Source: Klebsormidium nitens (Eukaryota; Plantae; Klebsormidiophyceae). From it: a stretch of 64,000 nt of DNA. The notes beneath the pieces were generated by a model. That model had not been told where the DNA came from. It ran no database searches and worked only from the letters and a program-made list of their open reading frames with translations. Position 1 is the first letter of the stretch, and each line of letters opens with the position of its first letter. Below, piece by piece: positions 25,388 to 38,700 of this stretch. The DNA lies in NCBI GenBank assembly GCA_000708835.1, contig DF237132.1, forward strand, positions 1 through 64,000, in the 5' to 3' direction. Both the position numbers and the translations under genes were made by a program.

Positions 25388-28300
25388 ATGGCCTGGAACC
25401 TATCCAGCGTGTTCGACGACTCCGACCCCGTCTCCTTCAAAGATATCGCCGCCGGTCTCGGCGACCTCGTCTTTCCAGCTCCCTCTGTTGCCACAAGCCT
25501 GGGCCCTGCCAACTCCGAAGTCACGAGCTCCCCGCTCATGACCCTCCCCCCCGTCGTAGATGAGTGCATGGGGCCTTTTACCAGTGCGTACCCAGCCCCC
25601 CTCGCTGCTTCTGGGGGGCTTTCCTACGCCTCAGAGGATGTCCTGGGCTTCCGGCAAACAGCAAGTTTTGCGAAGGGGCCGATGGGCTGCACGAGGCAGA
25701 TTCTGACGGTGCCCCACACAAGGCCGACGTGGAACTCTATGACTTCAGTCAACCCCACCCCACCAATATACAGCACGGCGGTTTCCGACATGACCGAGAT
25801 GCTGAAACCGCACGCCTGCTTCCGGGGGCTCAACAACCCTTTTGCGAGCCACCATGACGACGCGAGCGCCTACGGCGAGACGGTGCCTGGGCTGCAGCTG
25901 GTGACAGGACAGACCGGCCAAGGTTATCAGCACCCGGGAGTGACAACGGTGCGCAGGACGCGGCAGCCGTCTGCGAGGTCCCCACGCAACGTGAGCAGCG
26001 GGTGCAGCCCCGCAGCAACGGCGGCGCTCGAGGCGGCGGCAGATGCGCGGGGCAGGGGGGACAAGAGGGTCACGCCCAAGGTGAGCTGAAGGTTGCTTGT
26101 TAGAAGACTGAAGGAGAGGTGGGTTCGCTTAGAAGGGCTCTCGAAGCTGGCAGCTTTTCTTGTTGGAGCTCATTGTCAGTGAGCACCCAGCTTCAGACCT
26201 CGAGACACGTACTTCTATCTGCAGACAATGGCACGCAGTTGCTTCTTTCACGTTCCTACGGTCGCATCTATGCTCACTCCCAGCTTGTAGACAATCCACC
26301 TGGTTCCTTTCCATGCCAGACAATGTCGTCGTTCGTTTTTCATGTCTTTCTCTTCCACATACACGACCTTCACTCCAAAAACACACGTCAGAGAGACTAT
26401 GCCAGTCCAAACCGCTCTGTAAGTATCTGGAAAGTCACAGCCTTTCAACTCATGACCTCTTCTCCCCTACTCCACAGAGAGAGGCCCTCTCCCCGACCCC
26501 ATCCGTCGGCGGCGCGACGCGCCGCTGTATGTCCCCCGGTTGCACCCGGCGGCCATCTTACGGCTTCATCCCCGGGGCCAAGGACGGCGACAAGGGCGGC
26601 GCGCGCTGGTGCCGCGCTCATGCTGCAGACGGCATGGAAGACCTGCGCAACCTGAAGTGCTCCCACGTCGGCCGAGGGGGAGTGCCTTGCCGCGCCCAGC
26701 CGTCATACGGCTATGAGGGCGACAAGCGCCCGACGCGGTGCCGGGCGCACGCAGAGGACGGCATGGAGAACGTCAGGATGCCAAGGTGCGGTTCCGGGGA
26801 ATCCCCCTTCTTGTGCCTTGGCAGTGAAGGCGGCATGGAGGGCCGTCAGGACGGGGTCTGCTCTGCTGCAAAGCGAATGCTCTGCTCTGCAATAACTTGG
26901 CCCAGCTCTGCAATAACTTGGCCCAGCTCTGCTTCTCTTCTCAATCCCGTGACACTAATCATTTTAACCCCTCGTTCTCTCAGGTGTCGTCATCCGGGCT
27001 GCAAGCGGCAGCCGTTGTATGGGGAGCCGGGCCTGGACAAGAAGCCGACCCGCTGCCGCAACCACGCCCTCTCCGGGATGAAGGACCTCCGGGGGGCCAT
27101 GTGCCGGGGCGACGACGGCTCCTGCACCAAGCGCCCCTCGTGTGGTTTCCGGGGGGATCCCCGGCCGACCCGCTGCGGCTCGCACAAGGAGCCGGGCATG
27201 GAGGACCTCATCAGCGCGAGGTGGGGGGCTGAAACGGGCTCTTTGAGTCGGCGCGCTTGTTTTCTCTGGAGGAGTATGAAATCCGCTCTCGTTATCGTCT
27301 GCAGCTGGTCGTTTGGGTCTCCTAGACTTGGACAGTGCACGTGTGGAGCTGACTTCTTATTTCTTCGACTCTCGAGGCTTCTCTGAGCTATGCCCTATCT
27401 TTTGGGAACTGCAAAACGTTTCAAAGCTTCCTCGTGTCCGTCCGCTTCTCCCCACGAAGCGGACTCTTCCACCCAGAAGCAGATTCGCCCATAAACTCCG
27501 CTTCGCCCAATCTAAGTGCGCTGCCTTTTGCACCTTCTCTCATTCGTTGTTTCCCTTCTCCTCGCAGGTGCAACTTCGCGGACTGTCGCACGGTCGCGTC
27601 GTACGGCGTCCAGGCCCCCGGCAGCCACGTGATCCGCCGCACGCGCTGCAAGGCGCACCGCACCCCCGAGATGACGTGCGGCACCAAAGGCCCCGCGTGC
27701 ATGGCCCCGGGGGGTTGCGAGACGCGCCCCTCCTACGGCTGGCCCGATAAGTTTGACGGGGAGCACCCCCCCCGCCCCGAGCGCTGCAAGAAGCACTCGC
27801 TGCAGGGGATGGAGTACATGGGGTCCGCGGCGCGGGCCAAGAAGAAGCGCGCGCTCGAGACGGCGAAGCAGGTGGGGATGGTAGAGCCAAACTTCGTGGT
27901 TGCTGAAAGGGAGGAAGAGAGAGCCTTTTGCTGCAAAGGGGCTTGTGTTGGACAGCGAAGTTGAATCTTGTTTCAAAGCGCCACAGTCCAAGGAGTCGAA
28001 GGCCTCCTAGCTCTGTCTTAAAGACTCTCCGAAAGCTGCACGTAACTCGTGCTGCAATCCTGTTCATAGATACACCTGTTGATCACCGACCTAGCAGACC
28101 TTTTGCCTCCTTTGCTGACCGATCTCCTTTCCCGACTCCAGGAGCCTGCTCCGGTTGTTTCTCGCCCGGCTCGCCCCACCAGCGCCCGGACTGCGGCCAA
28201 GCCGCTCTCCCTGGCCCCCACGCCGCGGCTCCGCCCCACCCGCAAGTGCGCCGCGGCCGCGGCCCCGATCATCGAGCCCGACGAAGACGACGACATGGAC

Positions 28301-28684
28301 GCCGTAACAGCGCCGCCCGGGGACTTGGCCCGGGCGTGGTCCCCCGAGAGCCGCATGCAGGGCTCCCCCGAGGCGGAGCGCGGCCGGCTGGCGGAGGAGC
28401 GCGCCGCGGCCGCGCGCCGGAGGGAGCGCGAGGAGTTCGAGAACCTGGGCGACCTGGCGTCGCTGCAGGAGCTGAAAGAGATCGAGGACCAGGCGAACGA
28501 TCAGATGTGGGGCGGCAACGGGCCCAGCTCGCCGGAGCTCGCGGGCATGTCCGATTTCGACAAGGACTTTTCGTCCAGCTGGGGGCGGCCCGAGAGCCCG
28601 GAGAGCGGGGGCATCCTGGACATTGTGGACGACACCCTGGATACGGCGTGCAGCTTTGGGGGCAAGGGAAGGGCGACGTACTGA
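25388..28684 (+). CDS. EsV-1-7 cysteine-rich repeat protein (6 repeats)
   Basis: Exons 25388-26080, 26478-26785, 26984-27220, 27568-27871 and 28142-28684 splice in frame. Six units of C-x(4-9)-C-x3-(P/A)(S/L)(Y/C)G-x(n)-C-x2-H-x3-(G/E)M match the EsV-1-7 motif; followed by basic RAKKKR and an acidic tail. An upstream exon is possible. Confidence 0.82.
26885..26932. repeat. Intronic 21-bp tandem duplication
   Basis: ctctgcaataacttggcccag x2 plus partial third copy. Confidence 0.9.
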
Positions 28685-29776
28685 GTTTTGGATCCAGGCG
28701 GTGGGAACCGGGGCGGGGTGGTTTGATGTACATATCCGCGTGGGTGACACTTGTGTTTGAGTTTGCATCGAGTCGGTTCGTGAGTGGATTGCACCTTGTA
28801 AAGTACGATAAAATGGACGGGTTGTGAACGGGTTTTGGAAGAAGTTGCTGTTGTAAGCAAGCACGTCAAGGTGATCCTCTACAAGAGTCAAACGGGTCAA
28901 GATGATCCTCAATGACAGGCAATCAATATATACTACACGCCTAGGGATCTGCTTCTGAGAAGCTGGCCAATATCGAGATAGAGAGAATCTTTCTGCAGTT
29001 TCCTAGGCGTACTAAAGACTGCCCCCAACTCAATCGGGCCTGTACAAAAGGCTCGATACTCGTCGTTTACGTACTTGAAGGGATATTTTGCATGTAGACA
29101 GTACTTTCGTGACATGATTGGCCCAAGTAGCTCAGAATATTCGCGCCGTTTCTTGACGAGACATCTGGTCGATACCGTACTACCAGCGTGATTTACACAT
29201 TCAGATTCAATGAAAGTTCACTGGAAGTGGCCTAGGTCGATATAAGCTAATCTGGATTACGGGCCTTATGATTGCGTGAATTGAAGTGCTTAGTCGACAG
29301 CTCTAATTATTCGCCGTAACATCTGATGTGCTCAGCTTTGAGATCTGATCAATCATCCGGGTAGACGTGCTTGCACCGAGTGCGGCGAGAGGATGCCGCA
29401 TAAGTAAAGTATATATACGCAGCTTACTGCAAACCATCACGACTTTTTTCGCAAAAGAGCATGTGGTCCGACCAAAGTACGTGGAATGCTTTGGGACGAT
29501 CTGTTCCTTAAGCCGCAAGTGCTGGCGCATATGTCGCAGTCACGAGTATGCAATCTGCGTCTCTCTACCATATGATCTGTTGACACATGAGAGTCGACCG
29601 ATGCTTGCGCATGGTTGTTGCCAAGTGAATATCCAGGACTTGCGATCATTCCTAGGCCGTTGGATACAAACGTAATTGCACATGGAGGTACGCCCGGACT
29701 TGGCATGGGGAAGACAATAGCGTCTCGTAACATGTAACGGTTGTTCGCGCTGTTGAACGTGCTTGTATTGCGAAGG

Positions 29777-32700
29777 TCAATTCAGCGAGTCCACCACCCC
29801 CTCTAAGACCTCATCTTGCCTGGCTGACCGTTCCAACACCTCCAGCATGCGGTCCTCGTCTTCTAACTTGGCAACACGGCGATCCTCGATCGACTCGCTC
29901 TCGTCTAGCGATGCGCGCTCGTTTGACGCTTCCGAGATGCCCCTAGCATCGGCCTTGTCAGCGACCAAGGTACCATTGATGTCCGAGTCTTCTCTATGTA
30001 CACTGGTTTGCGAAGCCTTTACATCATTTTGTGGCCCCTTCAAAGAAGCATGTCCGTCTCCGGCTTGTGTTCTTTCAACACCCGATGCAACGGCACTAGT
30101 GGAGGGCTCGTCGACTTTTGCCCGACTCATCTCGACATTTTCGACGGTTCTTCCTAAGTTTTTCTCCCCCCTTTCGTTCAACTCGATGCTTCCGTTCGTA
30201 ATTTCCTTTTTACCGCTTGAGCTCCCGCTTTCAACTCTTCGGTCGTCAGGACACCCCTCGGATTGTCGCCCAAGGGTTCCTCGACCCTCGGATGGCCCGC
30301 CCTCGCCTCCGGTTTCAGCAACCGGCTCTTTGGCCTCGTTCTCGTTTCCCCCTCCTTCCGTTTCCCGGCTATCACTACCCTTTTCTCCCGCAGCTCCCCA
30401 CTTCGCACCGCTGGCATCCGGATCCCGAATCCCCACTCCCCGAGCGACCTTCATCCCCCGCTTCCACAGTTTCCGCACCTGGATATGCTGCGAGTCCACC
30501 CGGGGGGGCTTTTCCGGCAGCGCGCGCACCCCCCTGAGCGCGTGGTACAGCTCCTGCAGCAGCTCCAGGTCCGGCTGCTGCTGCTTCACGCGCGCTTTCG
30601 CCGCGCGCATGACCAGCTGCAGGATGCCCTTGTCCGCGCGCACAAATTCTTCGCCGCGGATGCTCTTGTACAGCTCCACAATGGCGGCCCACTGCTCGGA
30701 GGCTTCCATGATGCTCAGCACCTTGTGGTGACTCGCCTGCGCCAAAGAGCGTCAAGATATTCAAGAGAATTTTCCGAAAGTTACAATCATCAGGTCGATA
30801 TGATTATGGTCAAAAGCTTGCCATTTTGACCAAGTTCGAACCAGAAAGCAAACACTTCGAAGTGGATCCTGCTCTTAAGCTCTCAAAAAGTGGTCAAGAG
30901 GGGAGGGCTCCACAGAAATTACTTTCGGGCTTCTGGAGATGACCGAAGAGAACGACAAAAGGCAACAGCGAAGTGTGAAGCGTTGCGCTCTGGTTCATCC
31001 AACAGGAACGTCAATACATCAATTGCGTGTCCCACAAGAGAGGGTTTCTGTTTAAGCTCAAGCGCTGCGTATGATTGTGACCATTTTGCAGGCAGGGATA
31101 CTATTCCGTTCTGAACAAGCCCGAGTTGGCAAAGGAGATGCGAGCAGGCGAGAATGTGACCTCAGCAGCATCAAGCTTACCGCTCGGCAGGGGACCCCGG
31201 CTTGCTTAAGCTGCACCAGGAGCTCGGCGGCTTGTTTCCACTGGCGGCGGCGGCCGAAGGAGTGCAGCACGGGCATGAAGGCGAACTCGCGGGGGACGAC
31301 GTGGGGCATGGCGGCGCGCATGCGGTGGAACATGTTGATGGCCTGCGGGACGAGGGGGAGTCGCTATTTGGTTACGAGAATTCCATGTTTTCCTGAAGCA
31401 GGCGTAAAGTCGAGATCAAGTGAACCACGAAGATTTCGCAAACCCATGAGGTTGGCGTTGACAATCATTGGTCACTTAGCAGCGCCACCACACCAATCAG
31501 AGTGTTTCTTGAACCTGAATCTTTACTTATAGTGTCAGCCGCCTCAACCCCTCTCCGTTTCTTCCGCTTTCTCTCGCCAGCGCCCTTGATATATACCTTC
31601 TACGAATCGTGGTATCTCCAATTCTGTCTGTCGTCGACTCGAGAGAGACCCTCCACGCCAACACCTGAACTTGCGAGTTCGAACATTCCTCTCGCCAAAG
31701 TTCTTTCCGATCGAACACCCTCTCCTCAACTAGGGCCGCAGAGTCTTTTCAAACTCCAGACCCCACAAGCCACTACTTCATACCCTGAACATTCCTCTCA
31801 AGTCCGAGCGGACCCCCTCACCATGGTGACCTTCTTGTCGACGGCCATTTTCTCGATGGCCCCCTCGAACGTGCGCTTGTCCAGCCGGCACCCTTCCTCG
31901 TGCGCCTGATCCACCACCAGCTCCACCTCGTCCCACCGCCGTTTCCGCGTGAGCGCCATCAGCAGTTTGTTGTACTGCTCCTCGACGGCTTCCCGGCTCA
32001 TGACCCGCTTTACCGACGCGAAAAGCACGCGCGCGAGGCGGTCGCCCTCGTCTGGGTAGTCGAAGAGGAGCTCGTACGTGATGTGGTCGGGGGGGACCGC
32101 CGCCTGGAGCATGTCGCCTACAACCTGCCCGGGGGAAGAGCCCGGTCAGTAATGGGAATAGGCGGAAAGGAGGACGAGGGGAAATACATGATGAAAAGAC
32201 GAGGAGACAGGAGGGGGAAACGAAGCCGTGTGCAATCCAGTAGTCGGCCCCTCAGCAGACCTGAGAAGCGGCCGCCAGAATCGAAGCCAAGAAGAGCACG
32301 AGAAGACAAATGAAGAGACGAAGAAAGAGAGCAAACGAGAAAGGAGACACGAGAGACAGAAACAATGAGGATCGCGATCAGTATCTTATGCTCTGACGAT
32401 GCTGGTTGGCGGTGCAGGATTGGAAGAGCCCAGAACACTGGTTATGCTAGCGAAAGAGAGGGAGCACTGCTGGACGGCAGAGTACCGAACGGCAAACACC
32501 AAATGGCAAACTATCAAACGTTCTCCACAAGCTCGTTTCCAGTCTAGAACTGGCAGCTCTTCAGTATATTTGTCCGGCTGAACATTGAACAGCTTTTCGG
32601 ACCCAGTACTCACCACCTCTAGTTCCTCCGTCCGATGTCGCTCGGTGTAGCCCCGAATGAGCGTGTTGTACGTGAACACGTCCCGCTCGATCCCCCGCTT

Positions 32701-35700
32701 GCGCATCTCCTCCAGCCACGCCGGCGCGGCCTCAAACTGCCCTCCCGCGATACTCGCGCGAATCAAGTAGTGGTACGTCTCCTTAGTGGGCGTATGGCCG
32801 TTCTCCAGCATCTGAGAGGACACGAGAGTAACGTCAGCAGAGTATGGAAGAGCTTGACGTCAGCAGGATATGTTGCAGGTTGATGCTGGGAAATCCTGAA
32901 AAGGTGACGTTGGGCGAATATTCGGCGGGTGCTGCTAGACGATACGCCGGGGAAGTGATGTCGTCAAGTGTCTGCGAGAGTGACATCACAATGCTTCTTT
33001 GATATTTATATTCTGCTGTGAAACCGAGTCAAATTTAAGAACTCTCTTGGAAGGATGATGGCAAGACGCTGAGATCGTGTCTGCGTAGACCGTGTCTGCG
33101 TCGACCGCGCCCGCTTCTAACGGCATCTTAACAATACTCTGTGAAACAGCAGACAACTGCTCCAATGTTGACACCTGAAATCTCAGCCTATAACAAGATC
33201 CGGGAGACCCCACAGCCAACATCCTCACGACTCCCCATCGTTTTGAATGCCAGGGAGACCGTCCGCGGCTCACCTTCCTGTACGTAAACTCCGTTGCGCG
33301 CACGTCCCCCCGGCCCGCATACGCGCCGATGACCATATTAAATGTGATTGAATCAAACGGCACCCGTCGCTCCTTCATCGCCGCCAGCCAGCGCGTCACC
33401 TCCCCCGGGCGCTCTGCCCGGATGCACGCATCGATGAGCACATTATACTTGGTGGTGTCGGGGCGCTCCCCCGAGGCAATCAACTGCTCCAGGATGGCGA
33501 CCGCCTTGTCGTACTCAACGCCCTTGCCGTAAGCCGCCATCAACCTGCGAGATAATACTGGCAATTAGGGATTAAAAACCTCGGGGATTTGAGCTCCCAG
33601 CCAACACCAGGAAATGCAACCCATAACAAGTATCTGCTCCACACCCGTACCCACCCTAAACCCCCCGACTAAATCCACCCGTCCTAATGTGTTCAGCTTA
33701 CTATTAGGGAATTGATATCTCCGCCTGGAAGCGAGAGGGGCGCCGCTCACGTTGAAGGAACGCGGCAAAATGCTGTTTGTCGTCTTTCTGGGGACTGGGC
33801 TGAAAGGGATCTAATGCAGACTTTTGGAGGCAGAGAAGCGAAGCACTACAAGCGGTAGCGGCTTACCAGAACGTCAGCCTGACCTTTCAGTTTACACCGG
33901 ACGACAGTAGCGTGCAGAGAAACTACCACAAAACCAATACTTAGTACACGTTCCTAAGGCAGTCTAAAACGCCGCATTGATTGGTTGATGGTTGCGTGCA
34001 AACGAGAGAACACGACTACAAGCGGGCCGAAAATACGTGCGAGTGGCTCACGAGGTCCAATCGTTGGGGTGCGGCTTGATGCCGGCCTTGACCATCTTGT
34101 CGAAAGTAATCTGCGCGTCCACCCACTCGCCCTTCCGCGAGTGGATGTTCAGGATCTCCACGAAACTCCGCTGCAAGACGAACCGGCCAGAGTAAGCGTT
34201 TCAGTCGATTGCATTCCCAAATTCCTCGGTAAAGACATGCTTGGAACATGCAAGAAGTTGGCAAACACGAGACTTGCCCTTTCTTTGGTCGTTAGCAGAA
34301 CCAACAGGGAAGTGCGCTCTTCACAGCCCAAGATCCGGCGAAACATGTTCCAAGTCAGGAATCCAAGTCAGGCGTCACATAAGTTTTACCAGACTTGAAA
34401 AGACAGGACATGAAGTCAAGACAGGACATGAAGTCAAGACAGGACATGAAGTCAGACAACTGCCCCCAATCATGTAGACTGCAGCGTCCAACGAAAAAAA
34501 GCGCAAAGCGTCCACACCCTATCGAGGGCCGGTTCCTGCGCCTTGAGCTTCCTGGCGACCTCCCAGGCGGCACCTACTGCTCCCTGTCGCCTGAACAGTC
34601 CGGCAATCTCAGTGAGCGCCGTCGGGCTGAGCGGGAGGCCCTTCCGCTCGGCGATCTGTAGCAGCATGCTAACAGTGGCGCCACTGTTCTGGCTGGCGGC
34701 CTGGAACACCTGCAAAACGCGGTCGAGAACAGGGTTAGCGACAGGTTTGGGCCAAGAGCAAAGGTACTTCCGCTGCGCAGATTGACTTCATAAGAACACA
34801 AAATGCGCGTGTTAGGGCGAGGCTGAGGGGCTATCGAGCGAACTCGCTCAAAGGAGTCTAGAACAGAACAGTTCCGGAGTGGTGGATTGGACTGTTTGCA
34901 AGTCTCTTGGTAAGGTGATAAATGATTGCGGCAAGACCTCGTCGCCTTGTCCAGCGTTCCATGAGCAGGCCACCCGCCTTTCAAAACGTCGGTGCTTCTC
35001 ATTAGGTAGCGCATAATACAAAGGGACAGCTGGGTCAGGGGAAAAGGCAAAATGTAAGGCCAGACACAGGCGTGAATTCCCCTGCTACATAACCCCTGAA
35101 TAGCGACATCCCCAAAGCACACAGTTCCTCTCAGCGCTTCACATCTCTGCAAACGCAGCTTAACCCAATGTTTGACCCAAGCGCTAGCCTCGACCAGATT
35201 CTGCGTGACGACGACCCAAAGCAAAATCTACTCTCAGCGCTTGACTCAACTCCAAAGCACGCAGCTTAACCCACTTATTCCTCCCGGCCACGTTTGAGAT
35301 TACCACCCAAAAGCGAAATACAACATTACTCCCAGCGCTATACCACGCAGCTCAACCCACTTCGTAAAGCAATCGCTCACCCCAACCAGGGTCTGCGTGG
35401 TGACGACCATTCCCCGGCCCCTCATCCGCATAAGAGTGTCCACCGCCTCCTCCCATCGGTCTACCGCCGCGAAGCCGGCCGCCAGTGCGACGTATGGCGT
35501 CGCCTTCAAGCCGCCACTTACGCCCGCAAGTTCGTGCTCCATCTCCTTCAGAAGCGCACGCGCCTCGTCGACTTGGCCGTTGGTGGCGAGCGTGTCGATC
35601 ATCAGATGGTACACGGCCCTGGAAGAGTGTTAATCGTCGATTCGTCAAATTCACTAATGAATTGATCATCATCATCATTTGTCGTTCAATGGTGGCAAGA

Positions 35701-38700
35701 CTTTTCATCTCACGCCAAAGAAAGGTGGTGAATCTTCCCTCTTCGCCAAAAAAGATGGTAGTATATCAAAGGCGAGGACGAAGACAGGTGTCGCAAAGTA
35801 GCGTCAGCAGATGGGACGGGGTTCAAGAGATTCCTGTTGACGTGACCTGACTTTGAAGCTTCGAAGAAGCTAACAGGGCGATTTTGGGAATGGGGCTGTC
35901 GAGTACCTGCTCGACAGATACTGCGGATATGAGTGCGATTTCATAGACAGCTTTGAAAGGCGTGGAGATCTTAAGCTCGGCTTTCTCGGGCGAAAGATTC
36001 CCAGTGTCAGCGGTGCAACTCTGGGTCAGATCACCGTGAAAACACATGATCACGGTAAGATCAAATGACCAGGACTACTTTTCCGAAAACATCGTTCACC
36101 ACGTTCCCCGGTCCGCAGCGATCTAAAATGCTTCAGGTCAGGAAAAGAAGGCGTCAGGAATGGCAAGACTGCCAAGTTGGGACGGGTGAAGCTGGATTGA
36201 AATTGAAGGTGGGTAGGGGGTGCGGAGCAGGTACTCCCGAGGATCACTATGTTTGGCGGCGTATTGTCTCTGCTATAAGAGAAGATCCTGACCTGTCCGG
36301 CTCCACGCCGTCCTCCTTCATCTGCTCGAACCACGCGCGCACTTTGGGCAGGTCTGGGCGCGCCATGTCCATCAGCGTGCCGTACGTCACCGCGTTCGGC
36401 CGCAGGTCCGCCTCCAGCAGCTCCTCGTAAAACCCGAGCGCCTCAGCTTTGCGGCCCGCTTTGGTGAATGCGCCCATCAGATAGTTGAGCTGTGTAAGCG
36501 TGGGCTCGAATCCCGTGCGCCGAAAGTCCTGCCGGCCAAAAGTAGGCGGGGTCAGGGGGTGGGGATAACACAGCTTCGAAAAACAGATGAAAAATGCCAA
36601 TAACAGGATTTAACAGAAACTCTCTATAAGTAAGACCGGCTTCTGATAGGAAAACCGATTCGAGTGCCAATTCTACTCTCACTGGTACAGTTGCGCGGCC
36701 TGGACGCAGAGGCCCACTCGACCAGAGAAAATGTGCATCAGATCAAGCAGGGGTTTCATTCAAATTTAGTAGCAGTAACCGGTGACGCACGCATTTGCTC
36801 CTCTTTGCCGGGTACCCGGACAATTCTGCGGCCTGGTCGCAGAGGTTCGTCCAACCAAAGACCGAAACGTGATCGGATCGTGGACATAATTCATCTCAAA
36901 ACACAGAAGCACTGAACCAGTGACGCGCAGAATACTCTTCTTCCCGCACCTGGTACAATTCCGCGGCCTGGTCGCAAAGCCCTGACCGGCAGCAGCCGTA
37001 CATGCACGACCGGAAGATCCAGCCGTCGATAGCGGCGCCCTTCTCGCGCAGCCGCCGCGTCTCTGCAAAGGCCTCCTCCGCGCGCTCCTCTGCGCTCAGC
37101 TTCGGGATGAGGAACCGGTAGTAGTCCTGGCAATCAAGTTTGGAAGATTATAATATGTTAGTATGCGTTATGATGGGTGATAGTCAACCAGTTGAACCAG
37201 TTTGTTACGCCAGAGGACTGTAAAAAAGAGATCGTTTGACGATGGTCGGGAGGAGGGGGAAACCCCAAACATTCCAAGCCCACCCAATGTCTGTCTGCTG
37301 GCGAAGGCAATATCCGAGGAAAAAGAGGTACTCCATGTCATTAGAGAACTCTTGCGAAGGCAACGAGGAGGTTGATTGGCACAATGGCTGCGTGGGACTG
37401 GTGCTTATAACGAAATACGGGAGAACGGGACGCCTTCTCTTTGAAAAACTGAAACAGGTCTTCTAGTTTCGTCGATGCGGGAATACGTCCGGGAGGCCTA
37501 TCAGTAGGACGTGTCACAGCAGAAGGTCGCTTATACGAAATCGTATCGTAGCTTGGTCCTCGTCGAACCATGATAGCGGCCCAACCTTTCTGAGGCCCCC
37601 GGTTCGGAGGCTAAAACGATTTCATCGAACAGAGCGGAACATTGGATGACAACTTGACTGATCATCTCTAGCTCAACCAGCGTAGATGAACCCCCAACTC
37701 GAGTTGAAGAAACCAACACTTAAAAGCTGACTCGCAAGAAAGGTGGAGCAGGAAGTATCCGCCTACTGCCTGGCTCCCTTGGCGTCTTCTCTCGCGGCAT
37801 GATGATCAAAAGAGAGCACTGACAGAAGATGTTGCAAAACGGCGACACCACAAATGGCCGCACTATGTTGGGCTGTACCGGCGGTTTCACAGCGCAGCCA
37901 GTTAAATCAGCAACAAAGTCGACTTGCGGGAGAGATGCCGATGAGCGAACCGCACCATATTGGGCTCGAGCCCCTCTTCGTCCTCCAACTCGTGCAACAC
38001 GTCGCGCAGCTCCGAGAGCGCCTCGGTCCTCTGGTACGTCGTCAGTAGGACGCGGTAAGCAAACCTGCAGAGGATCAGTTTTCAGGAAACATTTCCGGGG
38101 GGGCCAGGGGGGACGAGCCTTGTCTATCAGACGAGCGAAGGGAGTCAAAGAGGGCGTCTACGCAACGTCATCAACCGGCCACTTTTAGGAGGGCCCAGTG
38201 CTCGGGGTACAAACTCCGGTGCCAACACTTCGGCGACAGGATGACAGACAGCCGTGCTTCGATGTTGCCATGTGACGGCAGCGTTCCGGGTCCCAGGACG
38301 CCCCATTCTAAAATGAGCAGCCCACGGGTGTCAGGGCGGCACAATTGCTCAAAATTAATCCAACACAGCCCGGCCCGTCGATAAGCATAGAAGTCGCCAT
38401 ACTGGTGCAGCAGATCGACCGAGCCAAACCAACGGAATCTGGTCAGGCCACTCCTTGCAAAGTAGACGGGGTCAAATATTATCCCAACACGCATAACCCG
38501 ACCGTCGGAAGTACTTGCAAATAGCTTACTGGTCTAACTTGACGCCTTTCGCTTTGACAGCCGCCGTCACGTCTGCGGTCACCTCCGCCAGGTCTGCGGG
38601 GACCTCCTTTTGCAACCCGATCAACACGCTGGTCACCATGCGGGTGTCTATCGCCAGGCCGTCCGCGAGCGCCCGCCGGAGGAGCGCCACCGCTGTGGTG

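Noticed and set aside
27512-30829. Long antisense ORFs (e.g. 28091-28912 minus, 29763-30731 plus, 30263-30829 plus)
   Set aside because: Shadow frames of GC-rich coding exons; no recognisable motifs.
34381-34460. Regular short repeats as a possible CRISPR array
   Set aside because: Head-to-tail 18-bp units without unique spacers, inside a eukaryotic intron; no cas genes.
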